A stretch of DNA of 64,000 nt, from positions 1 through 64,000 of the forward strand of contig CAXXTU010000002.1 in NCBI GenBank assembly GCA_963662655.2, written 5' to 3'. Positions 25,181 through 35,717 of this stretch are shown here, piece by piece. Each line of letters begins with the position of its first letter. Position 1 is the stretch's first letter. Source of the stretch: Candidatus Cloacimonadales bacterium. Lineage in GTDB: Bacteria; Cloacimonadota; Cloacimonadia; Cloacimonadales; JAIOQZ01. The notes beneath the pieces are model-generated. The model was not told where the DNA came from. It saw only the letters and a list, made by a program, of their open reading frames with translations, and searched no databases. The position numbers were made by a program, and so were the translations under genes.

Positions 25181-26980
25181 TTAAGATCGCTCCGCACGCA
25201 AGACGGAGAGAAACGCCTCTTGCGGAACATTGACGGATCCGATTTCCTTCATGCGCTTCTTTCCTTCCTTTTGCTTCTCCAATAACTTCTTCTTACGCGT
25301 AATATCGCCACCATAGCACTTTGCCGTAACATTCTTTCGCATAGCCGATATGGTGCTGCGTGCAATGATTTTAGAGCCGATCGAAGCTTGCAATGCGATC
25401 TTGAAAAGGTGCTTGGGTATCTCTTCGGATAAGGTTTCGGTAATGCTCTTTCCCCACCCAAAGGCCTTCTCTTCGTGGCAAATGAAGCTCATGGCGTCAA
25501 CCTTCTCACTGTTGATCAGGATATCCACCTTGACGATCGGCGATCTTCGAAATTCGAGAAATGAGTAATCCAGCGACGCGTAGCCCCGGCTTACCGATTT
25601 CAGTTTGTCGTAAAAATCGAAAATGATCTCAATTAGAGGCATTTCATATTCCAGCATCATACGTTTATCGTCAATATACTGCAGATTTCTTTGGATTCCT
25701 CGACGTTCCTGGGTCAGTTTGAGAATGTTGCCGACGAAATCCGACGGCACGATAATCTCTGCAAGCATGAACGGTTCTTCGACATGGTCGATGAGCACCG
25801 GGTCCGGAAAATCTACAGGATTATGGATTTCCTTAACTTCTCCGTTGTTCTTGTGAATCAGGAAACGAACGCTCGGCGTCGTTGTGATAATCGGGCAGTT
25901 ATACTCGCGTAAAAGGCGTTCTTTCACGATCTCAAGGTGAAGCATCCCCAGAAATCCGCAGCGGAAGCCGTATCCCAGCGCCAGAGAACTCTCTTTCTCG
26001 TACACGAGCGAAGAATCGTTCAGTTTGAGCTTGGCCAGACTGTCCGTAAGATGCACGTATTCATCCTTATCGATGGGGAAGACGCCGCTATAGACCATCG
26101 GCTTGGGTTCCTGAAAGCCCGGAAGCGGCTTCACGTCGAGTTGCTTCGCGGATGCCACCGTATCGCCAACCTTCGCTTCCGATACATCCTTCATACCAGC
26201 GATGATGTACCCGACTTCACCCGAATCGAGCTTGTCGCGCGGGACAGGCTTGAGTCCCAGATAGCCGATTTCGTCGATCAGATACTCCATGCCGGTGGAA
26301 AGGAAGCGGATGGTGTCACCCCTCTTCAACTGGCCGTCGTACATGCGGATGAGCGTGATAACCCCGCGATAGACATCGTAGTAGCTATCGAAAATCAGCG
26401 CGCGCGTCGCTTCGTTGAGGTCGCCTTCGGGCGGTGGAATCTTGTCGATAATCCCGTCCAGAAGCTCAGTGACGCCAAGGCCAGTCTTTGCGCTGATCTT
26501 GAAAATGTCTTCCTCGTTCACGCCGATCGTATCCACGATCTCGTGAATGATCGAGTCCATGTCAATGCCCGGGATATCGATCTTGTTGATGACCGGAATG
26601 ACCTCGAGGTTGTTGTCCAGCGCCAGGTAAAGATTGCTCATGGTCTGCGCTTCGATACCCTGCGAAGCATCCACGAGAAGAACCGCACCCTCGCATGAGG
26701 CTAGACTTCTCGAAACCTCGTAGCTGAAATCGACATGCCCGGGGGTGTCGATCAGATTCAATATATATTTCTGCTTGTCTTTTTCGTGCTCCATGCGGAT
26801 CGCATGGGATTTGATCGTGATGCCACGTTCGCGCTCAAGTTCCATATCGTCCAGAAGTTGATCATAGTGGCCGCCTTTGTCCACGACGTGCGTCTCTTCC
26901 AGAAAACGATCCGCCAGCGTCGACTTCCCGTGGTCGATATGAGCGATGATACAAAAATTACGGATGTTGTCCCGCTTCAT
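25181..26980 (-). CDS. lepA: Elongation factor 4
   Basis: IRNFCIIAHIDHGKSTLADR, DTPGHVDF, KCYGGDITRKKKLLEKQK. Confidence 0.99.
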   Translation of the reverse strand: MKRDNIRNFCIIAHIDHGKSTLADRFLEETHVVDKGGHYDQLLDDMELERERGITIKSHAIRMEHEKDKQKYILNLIDTPGHVDFSYEVSRSLASCEGAVLLVDASQGIEAQTMSNLYLALDNNLEVIPVINKIDIPGIDMDSIIHEIVDTIGVNEEDIFKISAKTGLGVTELLDGIIDKIPPPEGDLNEATRALIFDSYYDVYRGVITLIRMYDGQLKRGDTIRFLSTGMEYLIDEIGYLGLKPVPRDKLDSGEVGYIIAGMKDVSEAKVGDTVASAKQLDVKPLPGFQEPKPMVYSGVFPIDKDEYVHLTDSLAKLKLNDSSLVYEKESSLALGYGFRCGFLGMLHLEIVKERLLREYNCPIITTTPSVRFLIHKNNGEVKEIHNPVDFPDPVLIDHVEEPFMLAEIIVPSDFVGNILKLTQERRGIQRNLQYIDDKRMMLEYEMPLIEIIFDFYDKLKSVSRGYASLDYSFLEFRRSPIVKVDILINSEKVDAMSFICHEEKAFGWGKSITETLSEEIPKHLFKIALQASIGSKIIARSTISAMRKNVTAKCYGGDITRKKKLLEKQKEGKKRMKEIGSVNVPQEAFLSVLRAERS

Positions 26981-27135
26981 AGAACCTCCAAAATCTTATT
27001 TTGGAGCGCTGGAGCTTATGTCAATGAAAATTGCGCGAATCTTCAGGGATCGTGCTTATACTTCGAGTGAACCAAGGGCAATGGCATGTGATTTGCAAAG
27101 GAATTTATCATTCACTCATGTACGGGAAATACATT

Positions 27136-28377
27136 ATGAAAAGAAACCTTAAATGCCTGATGTTGATCATGGCAATCCTTTCAGGAGTGGTGCAAATGAG
27201 TCTGTTACAAGCGCAAATCAGCGATGAGAAATCCTTCAAACCGGTTGGAACCTGCATCCTCGTGAGCGATCGAGAAGTGAGAATCCCCTTTGAAATGGTG
27301 GACAACAAACCCGTGATGGATGCCGAGATAAACGGCGTCAGCGTCCGCATGACCATCGACAACGGTCGTTTGTGGGATCAGATATGGATGTTCGGGAGCC
27401 CTGTCGTTGATTCGCTGGGCATTCTGCCGAAGGAATCTTGGAGCGTCGGTGGAGCCGGGAGCGGAGATTCCACGGAAGCGCTTCTGGCGGACGACGTGAC
27501 GATATCGTTTCCGGGTGTCGCGTTTCATGGGCAGGAGTGTATTATCTCGCCGCCTTCCGCGGGATTCACGCAGATGTTTCCCAAGATCGACGGCCAGGTG
27601 AGCAACACCTTGTTCAGTCATTTTCAGGTCGAATTCGATTTCGACGAGAGCGTGATCGTCCTGCATCCATTCGACACATTCAAACCGAAGGACAATACAA
27701 TTGCGCTGCCCTTAACACGCTGGGAAGATGGAGGGCACTCCGTTCCCATGAAGGCTGTTCTGGAGAATGGGAAAGAGCTCGATGGGATTGTGGATCTCGA
27801 TCTGGGCGGGATCAAAGTGCTGAAGCTTGTCACCGATGAAGCGAACGGGATTGTTCCGCCAGAGAAGAACATCGAAACGATTCTCGGATACGGTGCGCAG
27901 GGCCCGATAACCGGTTACTACGCGCGGATCAAGGAGATTCAACTGGGCTCATACACCTTCGATAACGAAGTGATCGCATTCGGTAAGCGTGACGAGATGC
28001 GCATCGAAGAGACGAGCTTGGGCGTGATCGGGTTGCCGCTGCTATCGCGGTTCAACATCGTGTTCGATTATCGTGAAAAGTATCTCTATCTTACGCCAAA
28101 CAAACAATTCAACAAAACGTACGAGTACGACATGACCGGCCTGAAGATAACCGGCGGATTTGTTGTCAAGGCCGTCGCAGAAGGCACTGCCGGACAGCAG
28201 GCCGGAGTTGAGGTCGGAGATCATATCCAGGATATTAATGGTATTCCAACGGAGGACATGGGCGTTTACGACTTCCTCGATCTTGCAAGCAGCAAAGAGG
28301 GCAGAGTCCTGGATCTGTTGATTAAGCGGGGAGAGGAGAATATTCGATTGTCCCTTACGCTGCAACGCAGAATATAG
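27136..28377 (+). CDS. Secreted retropepsin-like aspartyl protease + PDZ domain
   Basis: Signal peptide; two lobes with degenerate D-x-G motifs (IDNG, LDLGG), GVIGLPLL; C-terminal PDZ. Confidence 0.75.
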   Translation: MKRNLKCLMLIMAILSGVVQMSLLQAQISDEKSFKPVGTCILVSDREVRIPFEMVDNKPVMDAEINGVSVRMTIDNGRLWDQIWMFGSPVVDSLGILPKESWSVGGAGSGDSTEALLADDVTISFPGVAFHGQECIISPPSAGFTQMFPKIDGQVSNTLFSHFQVEFDFDESVIVLHPFDTFKPKDNTIALPLTRWEDGGHSVPMKAVLENGKELDGIVDLDLGGIKVLKLVTDEANGIVPPEKNIETILGYGAQGPITGYYARIKEIQLGSYTFDNEVIAFGKRDEMRIEETSLGVIGLPLLSRFNIVFDYREKYLYLTPNKQFNKTYEYDMTGLKITGGFVVKAVAEGTAGQQAGVEVGDHIQDINGIPTEDMGVYDFLDLASSKEGRVLDLLIKRGEENIRLSLTLQRRI

Positions 28378-28465
28378 TTGCTGTTCGATTCACTTGTCGT
28401 TGTGTACGTATATGAGACAGGCAGATATAGATCATTCCAGTTAACGAGCCTAAGAGGAGTTATCC

Positions 28466-30886
28466 ATGTTTTTCAAGGCGCTATCGACATATTTCCGGTA
28501 TATCAAGAATCACAAAGCGTTCACGTTTATCACCATCGGTGGTCTCGTGATCGGAATGGCAGCGTGTATGCTCATCTTGATGTATGTAGCCCATGAGAGG
28601 GACTACGATACATTTCACCGCAATTTCGACAACTTGTATCGTGTTCAATACAACATCTACAAAGACGGAGAATTACGCGTGGAGTGCGCGGCGGCGGTTC
28701 CTGCTGTCGGACCGGCGATGAGGGACAATTTCCCGGAGGTGCTGGAATTCGCGAGGGCTTTCCCGTGGTCGTGCGTTATCTCGGTGGGGGAGAAATCGAT
28801 ACGGCAGAGACGGGTACAGGTGGCGACACCCAGCTTTACGAAGATTCTCGATTTCCCGATCATCCACGGAGACGCAGACTCGGCCCTGGCCCAACCGTGG
28901 TCGATCGTGCTTTGCGAATCAATGGCGAAGCAGCTTTTCGGCAATGAGGATCCGGTGGGGAAATCACTCAAGATCGACGGTGAGATGGACTTCACGGTGA
29001 CAGGCGTGTGCAAGGATGTCCCCGATAATTCTCATATCAAATTCACTGCGATCATATCATTTTCGACATTGGTGGAGTGGGCCGGCGAACACGCCGAGGC
29101 CGCCTGGGGCTGGTACGACTTCAACACGTACGTTTTGCTGCAACCCGGAATCGATTATCGGGCGTTCAACAGCAAGTTCGATAAGTGGCTCCACGATACC
29201 GATGGCAATGTGGAGATTGCCGAGAGAACCAGAGACATGGCTTTTCTCTTGCAGCCGCTGGCGGACATTCACCTGCGATCCAGGCTGCTGCAGGAATCGG
29301 AGCCGGACGAGCAGGGTGACGGGCAGGCGATCAACCTGCTTTCGATCATTGCGGTGTTTGTCCTTGTGCTTGCGTGGATCAACCATATCAACCTTTCGAT
29401 AACGAGCGCGATGGGGAGGGCGAGAGAGGTCGGGCTCCGCAAGGTATGCGGGGCCCAAAGGCATCTGCTGATCCGGCAATTCACCTTCGAATCGCTTTTC
29501 ACGAACCTGCTCGCAATCGTCGTGTCGGTTCTGATTGTTACTGCGATTCTTCCCTGGTTCAGTAAATTCACGGCTACCCACTTGAGTCTGGCTTTGCTCC
29601 TGTCTTCGGGATACTGGTTGTGGCTGGTTGTCTTTTTTGTGGGAGGCGCAGTGCTTGCAAACCTCTACCCGGCTTTCGTGCAGTCGTCTTTCGATCCGGT
29701 AATTGTGCTCAAGGGGAATTTTGCCCGAACGAAATCCGGTTCGCGGATGAAGAAGGTGCTGGTGGTGTTTCAGTTCACCGTTTCGGCGGCCTTGATCGCG
29801 GGAACGATCATCGTGTTTCAGCAGATGAGATATCTGGAGAACAAGGATATTGGTGCGGACATCGATCATGTTATTGTGGTTCAGAAGCCGAGTGTGTTTT
29901 TGTCGGATTCTCTTGCTCTCAGCAGCTACAAAGCGCTCTCGGAAGAAGTGCCCCGGATTCCGCAGATCACCGGATTTTGTCTGGGAACGAACATTCCGGG
30001 GGACGAGATTTTCTTTGCGAATGGGTCGAGGAAAAGCGACCAGGAGAAGGAAGAGAGCAAGGTCATGTATCTAGTGGGGATCGATAGCGACTATGTGTCT
30101 TTCTTCAATATACCGGTAATCGCCGGAAGGGACATCGACATCGATACCTACGCGTCGGACGACTCGGCCGCGGTGATCAATCGGGCGGCATTGACGTTTT
30201 ACGATTTTAAAACACCGGAAGAAGCAATCGGAGAGGTTGTGTTGCTGGGCGGGAATCGTAAGACGATCGTGGGAGTGATCGAGAACTACAATCAGATGAG
30301 CCCCAAGCTGCCGGTGCAGCCGTTACTTTTTCCATACGTGACCGATATCGACATGTATCACGTATTTCGGGTTCACGATCGCGATACTGCCGGAGCGATT
30401 CGGATGATCGAAGGCTTGTGGAAGAAGCATTACCCCGGGAATCCATTCGAGTACTTTTTCCTGGATGAGTTCTTCAAGAGGCAGTACAAGAAGGATATTC
30501 AGTTCGGGCATGTTTTTGGCGTTTTTGCGGGATTGGCTATTATCATATCGATTCTGGGGCTCGTAGCGCTCACTGCTTTCAGCACGCTTCAGCGAAGAAA
30601 GGAGATCGCGATACGCAAGGTGCATGGGGCGCGTGTTCGCAGGCTTCTATTGCTGATGGTGCGCGATCAATTGCAGTGGGTCGTGCTGGCCAATATCCTC
30701 GCGGCCCCGTTAGCGTGGTATGGTATGGAGCAATGGTTGCGGAACTTCGAGTGGCGGATAACCATCAATCCGCTTGTGTTCGTTGTCGTGTTTTTGATTT
30801 CGATCGTCATTGCCGTACTCACGACGCTGTATTATACGATTCATACCGTGAACAGCAATCCAGCGGATTGTCTGCGATTCGAATAA
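28466..30886 (+). CDS. ABC transporter permease (duplicated MacB/FtsX type)
   Basis: R.REVGLRKVCGA, LVVFQF, RRKEIAIRKVHGA, NPA..LR.E. Confidence 0.93.
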   Translation: MFFKALSTYFRYIKNHKAFTFITIGGLVIGMAACMLILMYVAHERDYDTFHRNFDNLYRVQYNIYKDGELRVECAAAVPAVGPAMRDNFPEVLEFARAFPWSCVISVGEKSIRQRRVQVATPSFTKILDFPIIHGDADSALAQPWSIVLCESMAKQLFGNEDPVGKSLKIDGEMDFTVTGVCKDVPDNSHIKFTAIISFSTLVEWAGEHAEAAWGWYDFNTYVLLQPGIDYRAFNSKFDKWLHDTDGNVEIAERTRDMAFLLQPLADIHLRSRLLQESEPDEQGDGQAINLLSIIAVFVLVLAWINHINLSITSAMGRAREVGLRKVCGAQRHLLIRQFTFESLFTNLLAIVVSVLIVTAILPWFSKFTATHLSLALLLSSGYWLWLVVFFVGGAVLANLYPAFVQSSFDPVIVLKGNFARTKSGSRMKKVLVVFQFTVSAALIAGTIIVFQQMRYLENKDIGADIDHVIVVQKPSVFLSDSLALSSYKALSEEVPRIPQITGFCLGTNIPGDEIFFANGSRKSDQEKEESKVMYLVGIDSDYVSFFNIPVIAGRDIDIDTYASDDSAAVINRAALTFYDFKTPEEAIGEVVLLGGNRKTIVGVIENYNQMSPKLPVQPLLFPYVTDIDMYHVFRVHDRDTAGAIRMIEGLWKKHYPGNPFEYFFLDEFFKRQYKKDIQFGHVFGVFAGLAIIISILGLVALTAFSTLQRRKEIAIRKVHGARVRRLLLLMVRDQLQWVVLANILAAPLAWYGMEQWLRNFEWRITINPLVFVVVFLISIVIAVLTTLYYTIHTVNSNPADCLRFE

Positions 30887-30898
30887 TTCCGGCGCGTG

Positions 30899-31067
30899 GC
30901 ACCTTCGCCCGATCGCTCTTTACCAGGGGGATATACCACACCCGATTATCCACTCTCGTTATTTCGCTTCGCGAAAGACTTTCGTTCGAAGATTTCGTTT
31001 TCGTTCCACGAAAGCCGAAAATTGGGTGTGAAACACCCCGTGGTAAAGCGCGATCGAACGAATCTGC
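30899..31067 (+). repeat. Hairpin repeat family 1, copy B (enlarged loop)
   Basis: GCACCTTCGCCCGATC...GGATATACCACACCC...GGGTGTGAAACACC...GATCGAACGAATCTGC. Confidence 0.88.
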
Positions 31068-31098
31068 TCCCGCGGTAGACTTCCGGCGTTTATTCCAT

Positions 31099-31134
31099 AA
31101 GAAAGAGAAAGCCGGAGCGATTCCGCTCCGGCTT
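31099..31134 (-). terminator. Intrinsic terminator after gcvPB
   Basis: AAGCCGGAGCG/CGCTCCGGCTT stem with a U-rich tail on the minus strand. Confidence 0.75.
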
Positions 31135-31156
31135 CATATATGGCGATTTCAGATTA

Positions 31157-32647
31157 TTATTCTTCTTCTTTCAGGTTCACGAAATCCTGATATTTCACAT
31201 CCAGCAATTTCACTGCGCGAACGTCGTCCAGCCTGCGAACAGGTGTGTTGAAGGGTGCGTTCATGAGAAGCTCGGGTTGTTCTTTCGCTTCCGTCGCGAT
31301 CTCAATCATGGCATTGATGAAGTTGTCCAGGGTTTCTTTGCTCTCTGTTTCCGTGGGTTCGATCATCATGGCTTCATGAATGATGAGCGGGAAGTAAACG
31401 GTCGGGGCGTGGTATCCCTTGTCCAGGAGACGCTTGGCGATATCGAGCGTTTTGATTTGCATCTCGGGCTCGTTATAGAGCTTTTTCTGCCAGCTACCGT
31501 CCGCAACAAACTCATGCATGCAATGTTCGTCGTATTGAACGTGGAAATGCTTGTTGAGCTTGCGCATGATGTAATTCGCGTTGATGATGGCGTTTTCGGA
31601 TACGCTTCTCAAGCCGGCGGCTCCGAGCATCTTGATGTATATCCAGGCGCGTACGTTCTGGCTGAAGTTGCCGTAGTGCGAGTGGACTTTGCCGATGGAG
31701 GTTTCGCTGTGGGAGCAATCGAGGTAGAATTTACCCTCGGCGTCTTTGCGAACCATCGGCACGGGCAGGAATTTCACGAGGTCTTCGCGAACGCCGACCG
31801 GACCGGATCCCGGACCTCCACCGCCGTGCGGTGTGGAGAAAGTCTTGTGCAGGTTGAAGTGCATCACGTCGAATCCGATTTTCCCCGGCTGCACGATTCC
31901 CAGGAGGGCGTTAAGGTTCGCGCCGTCCATGTACATCAAGCCGTCCACGCTGTGTATGAGTTCGGCGATTTGTTTCACCTGATTCTCGAAGAGTCCCAGC
32001 GTGTTGGGATTGGTGAGCATGAACCCGGCGACGTCCTCCGATATCAGGGCCTTCAGTTCTTCGATATCGACTTTACCCTTCTCGTTCGATTTGAGCTCGA
32101 TAACCTCGAAGCCGGCCAGGGTGCAGCTTGCCGGATTTGTTCCGTGGGCGGAATCCGGGAGGATGATTTTACGTTTGTGGTGATTGCCTTTGGCCTTGTG
32201 ATAGGCGTGAATAACCTTCAGTCCCGTAAATTCGCCCTGCGCTCCGGCAACGGGCTGAAGCGTGACATCGGCCATTCCCGAAATCTCTGCGAGGTCGTTC
32301 TGGAGCTCGAACAGGATTTCCAGCGCGCCCTGAACGGTGCTCTGGGGCTGCAAGGGGTGAACGTCCATGAACCCGGCGTTTCGTACGAGTGTCTCGTTGA
32401 TTTTGGGATTGTATTTCATGGTGCAGGAGCCCAGTGGATAGAATCCCTTCTCGATGAAGTGATTCAGGTGGGATAGCTCGATGAAGTGACGCATCACGTC
32501 GAGTTCACTCACTTCCGGCAGGGGAAGCTCGTCCTTGCGGAGGAATTTCTGCGGAATGATGTTTTCGATTTTGCCCTGAACATCGTTCTTGGGAAGCGAG
32601 AAGCCAACGCGTCCCGCGGAGTGTTTTTCGAAGATTGTCTTAGCCAT
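31157..32647 (-). CDS. gcvPB: Glycine dehydrogenase subunit 2
   Basis: YPLGSCTMKYNP, SAHGTNPAS, HFNLHKTFSTPHGGGGPG. Confidence 0.98.
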   Translation of the reverse strand: MAKTIFEKHSAGRVGFSLPKNDVQGKIENIIPQKFLRKDELPLPEVSELDVMRHFIELSHLNHFIEKGFYPLGSCTMKYNPKINETLVRNAGFMDVHPLQPQSTVQGALEILFELQNDLAEISGMADVTLQPVAGAQGEFTGLKVIHAYHKAKGNHHKRKIILPDSAHGTNPASCTLAGFEVIELKSNEKGKVDIEELKALISEDVAGFMLTNPNTLGLFENQVKQIAELIHSVDGLMYMDGANLNALLGIVQPGKIGFDVMHFNLHKTFSTPHGGGGPGSGPVGVREDLVKFLPVPMVRKDAEGKFYLDCSHSETSIGKVHSHYGNFSQNVRAWIYIKMLGAAGLRSVSENAIINANYIMRKLNKHFHVQYDEHCMHEFVADGSWQKKLYNEPEMQIKTLDIAKRLLDKGYHAPTVYFPLIIHEAMMIEPTETESKETLDNFINAMIEIATEAKEQPELLMNAPFNTPVRRLDDVRAVKLLDVKYQDFVNLKEEE

Positions 32648-33984
32648 TATAAAACCTCCCCAAGCGCTTTGACGAACGCGTCAATGTCCGCTTTGGTTTT
32701 CTTCTCCGTTACGGCAATCAGGAGTCCGTTTTCCATGCCGGTTTCGGCAAGATCGACTCCCGCGAGGATATCCTTTTCAACAAGCTTATCGATGATCTGA
32801 GCCGCCGGGACAGGCGTCTTCACGGTGAATTCCTTGAAGAACGGCTGATCGAAAGCGACCTGAAATCCCTCCAGCTTGCCGATCTCGTCCGCGAGGTAGT
32901 GGGCCTTGATGGCAGATTGCTCTGCCACTTCCCGCAGACCGTTCTTGCCCATCAGGCACATGTATACGGTCGCGGCAAGGCAGGCCAGCGATTGATTGGA
33001 GCAAATGTTCGAGGTGGCTTTCTCGCGGCGGATGTGCTGCTCTCGCGTTTGAAGCGTAAGCGCATAGCCTCGTTTGCCGTCCAGATCGATCGTTCCGCCC
33101 ACGATGCGTCCGGGCATGGAGCGTTGAAGCTTGAAGCTTGAAGCGAAGAATCCGAAGAGCGGTCCACCGTAGTTGATTTTGTTACCAAGGGCCTGTCCTT
33201 CGCCCACCACGATATCCGCGTTGTATTCGCGGGGAGAATTCAGCACGTTGAGCGAGATGGGATCGACTGCCGCGATGAGGAGCGTCTTCTTCTGCGCATG
33301 CGCGATTCGATCGATCTCGAACATGTCCTCGATGCAGCCATAGTAGTTGGGCGTCTGAACCAGGACGCCGGCGGTGTCTTTGTCGACGAGCTTTTCCAGC
33401 TCGGCCATATCCGTGACACCGTCTTTTTGCGGCGCGATAACCAGATCGAGCCCGATGTCTTCGGTATAGGATTTGATTACGTTGTAAAATCTGGGGTGAA
33501 GCGTTCCCGCCAGGACGACCTTTTCCTTTCTGGTCGCGCGAGAGGCCATCAGGAGCGCTTCGGCAGCGGCGGTCGCGCCGTCGTACATTCCCGCGTTGGC
33601 GATTTCCATTCCGGTCAATTCACAGATGAGGGTTTGGAACTCGTAGATGAACTGAAGGGTCCCCTGACTGACCTCTGCCTGGTAAGGCGTATAGGCGGTG
33701 AGGAACTCCGGGCGGATGATAATGTGGTCAACCGCGGCAGGAATGAAGTGGTCGTACACACCGGCTCCCATGAATGAATTCATGCATTCGGAGTGGTGGT
33801 TTTTCGCTGCAATGCGGTTGATGCGTCTGGTGACCTCGAGCTCGGATAGAGGTTCGTCCAGCTTGAGCAGGCCTTTCAGGCGTAGTTCTTCGGGGATATT
33901 GGCAAGCAAATCCTCGAATTTCGCTACACCGATCGCATCCAGCATTTCTTTTCGCTCTTTGTCGGTATTGGAAATAAACGGCAT
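32647..33984 (-). CDS. gcvPA: Glycine dehydrogenase subunit 1
   Basis: TAYTPYQAEVSQG, REQHIRREKATSNICSNQ. Confidence 0.98.
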   Translation of the reverse strand: MPFISNTDKERKEMLDAIGVAKFEDLLANIPEELRLKGLLKLDEPLSELEVTRRINRIAAKNHHSECMNSFMGAGVYDHFIPAAVDHIIIRPEFLTAYTPYQAEVSQGTLQFIYEFQTLICELTGMEIANAGMYDGATAAAEALLMASRATRKEKVVLAGTLHPRFYNVIKSYTEDIGLDLVIAPQKDGVTDMAELEKLVDKDTAGVLVQTPNYYGCIEDMFEIDRIAHAQKKTLLIAAVDPISLNVLNSPREYNADIVVGEGQALGNKINYGGPLFGFFASSFKLQRSMPGRIVGGTIDLDGKRGYALTLQTREQHIRREKATSNICSNQSLACLAATVYMCLMGKNGLREVAEQSAIKAHYLADEIGKLEGFQVAFDQPFFKEFTVKTPVPAAQIIDKLVEKDILAGVDLAETGMENGLLIAVTEKKTKADIDAFVKALGEVL

Positions 33985-34011
33985 AATATCTCCTTTATCT
34001 ATACATATCGA

Positions 34012-34485
34012 TCAATCTTCTTGAAGTCCGTTGAGCTCGGACGGATCGAACCACGTCATCGCTCCATGGATACGCTCGATTTCGTCTTCCAGGAGCTGCT
34101 TGTGGTTGTCTTCCTCGGAGGCTAGATAGTTGAAGAGCTCTTTGATCTCATCGTTATCCGTCTGAGCCGCGAGTTCATCGTATTTGTCGTGAGCGGATTG
34201 CTCCATCGAAATGGCAAACTGAAGGACATCGTTGGCGTCTTTCAGATCGATTTCGCTATGGAAGGAGTACATCGCTTTGGGATCGATTTCCGGCTTCTCA
34301 TTCGGAAAAAGCTTCTCGAATTGCTCTATCAACTTCTGCTTGTGGATATTCTCCAGCTCGATGAGCTCTTTGAATATGCTGCCGACCTCTGCTTCGAAGA
34401 AGGCTTTATGAAGAAGCGAATACAGGTTTTTCGCCTTGATCTCGTTTTGGATGCCGAAGAGAAATGCTTCTTTGATTGTATCCAT
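34012..34485 (-). CDS. Ferritin-like (rubrerythrin-family) protein
   Basis: Duplicated E...Y...ExxH di-iron motifs. Confidence 0.88.
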   Translation of the reverse strand: MDTIKEAFLFGIQNEIKAKNLYSLLHKAFFEAEVGSIFKELIELENIHKQKLIEQFEKLFPNEKPEIDPKAMYSFHSEIDLKDANDVLQFAISMEQSAHDKYDELAAQTDNDEIKELFNYLASEEDNHKQLLEDEIERIHGAMTWFDPSELNGLQED

Positions 34486-34514
34486 GTTTACACTCCTTTC
34501 GATGGGTTCTGCAT

Positions 34515-35708
34515 TTATTGTATGCGTTCGAGATTCTTTTGGGCAATCTCGAAATCGGGTTGTAATTTCAAACTCTTTTCAAGCAGGGGACGAGCCTGAT
34601 CCGCACGGGCGCTGTCGATCATGATGGTCGCAAGGTTGTTCATCGCGCGGTAGTCCTCCGGAGTTTGCTCCAGGACAATCTTGTAGAAGCGTTCGGCCTT
34701 CTCCGGTTCTCCGCTTGTTTGCATGATCGTTGCGAGGGTATATCGCGCTTCGGTGAAATTTCCGTCGATCTCAACGGCGTTTTGCAGGTACTTGCGAGCC
34801 TTCTCGGCATTCTGATGGAAATAGTGGTACATCCCCATGTAGTACTGAAGGTCGGCGGAATCCGGGAAGAATTTCAGGAATTTATCGATGTACTCCCAGC
34901 ACTTGCCATCCGCCTGCTGCTGTAGATAGAGTGCGGCCTGGTTCATGATCTTCTGTTGATCGCGATAGATTTCCGCTTTGCCATACACGCGCGATTCGAG
35001 CTTCCACTGGTCGTTCTCGTCGAGGAAATGCAGCGTCATATCGATCTTGCCGTTGATCTCGTACTGGACGAGCGCTTCGCGTTTGTTATCGCTGAGCGCG
35101 GAGGAAATCAAGTCGAAACGGGTCATTCGCTTCATGTTGGAATCTTTCTGGATGCGCATGATGAAATTCTCAACAAGCTCTGGATCGTCGTTCGTCCATG
35201 CCTTGCGCAGGAAATTCGGGAGGGAATCCCAGTCCTGCTCCACGATGGTTCGGAGAAACCGGTTACCAATCGCTTCATGACTGACGGTCTTCGATTTCTC
35301 TTTCTTGAGCTGGATGTTGAGTAAATCCGCCAGGTATTCCACGGGAAGCTCGGCGATGATCTTGAGCTGTTCCACGAGGTCAGTCAGCTCCTTCTTCTCG
35401 TCCGCCTTCTCCGACATCTTGATCGGAACCTTGCCGCCAAAAATCTTCTGCGGCTCGAACACCCAGCGTTTCATGAGCTTTTTGAGCAGGTCCTGATACT
35501 CGCTGCGCGATTCGACCTTCACGCTGGAGGCGAAGATTTCATCGGGATTCTTCTTCGGGAAGTAGCGACACGCCTCGGGGCATTTCTCGTCGATGCGGAG
35601 TTCGTTGCAGCAATGCCAGCAAATTTCCTTTCCGATGCGGATACAGAATCGATGCCCGGGATGCGCCTTACATTTGTTGCAGCGATCGGATTTAAAGATT
35701 TTGAGCAT
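34515..35708 (-). CDS. TPR protein with N-terminal Cys-rich putative zinc finger
   Basis: CNKC..R.C...ICWHCC...CPEACRY; C-terminal TPRs. Confidence 0.8.
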   Translation of the reverse strand: MLKIFKSDRCNKCKAHPGHRFCIRIGKEICWHCCNELRIDEKCPEACRYFPKKNPDEIFASSVKVESRSEYQDLLKKLMKRWVFEPQKIFGGKVPIKMSEKADEKKELTDLVEQLKIIAELPVEYLADLLNIQLKKEKSKTVSHEAIGNRFLRTIVEQDWDSLPNFLRKAWTNDDPELVENFIMRIQKDSNMKRMTRFDLISSALSDNKREALVQYEINGKIDMTLHFLDENDQWKLESRVYGKAEIYRDQQKIMNQAALYLQQQADGKCWEYIDKFLKFFPDSADLQYYMGMYHYFHQNAEKARKYLQNAVEIDGNFTEARYTLATIMQTSGEPEKAERFYKIVLEQTPEDYRAMNNLATIMIDSARADQARPLLEKSLKLQPDFEIAQKNLERIQ

Positions 35709-35717
35709 TTTTCACCT

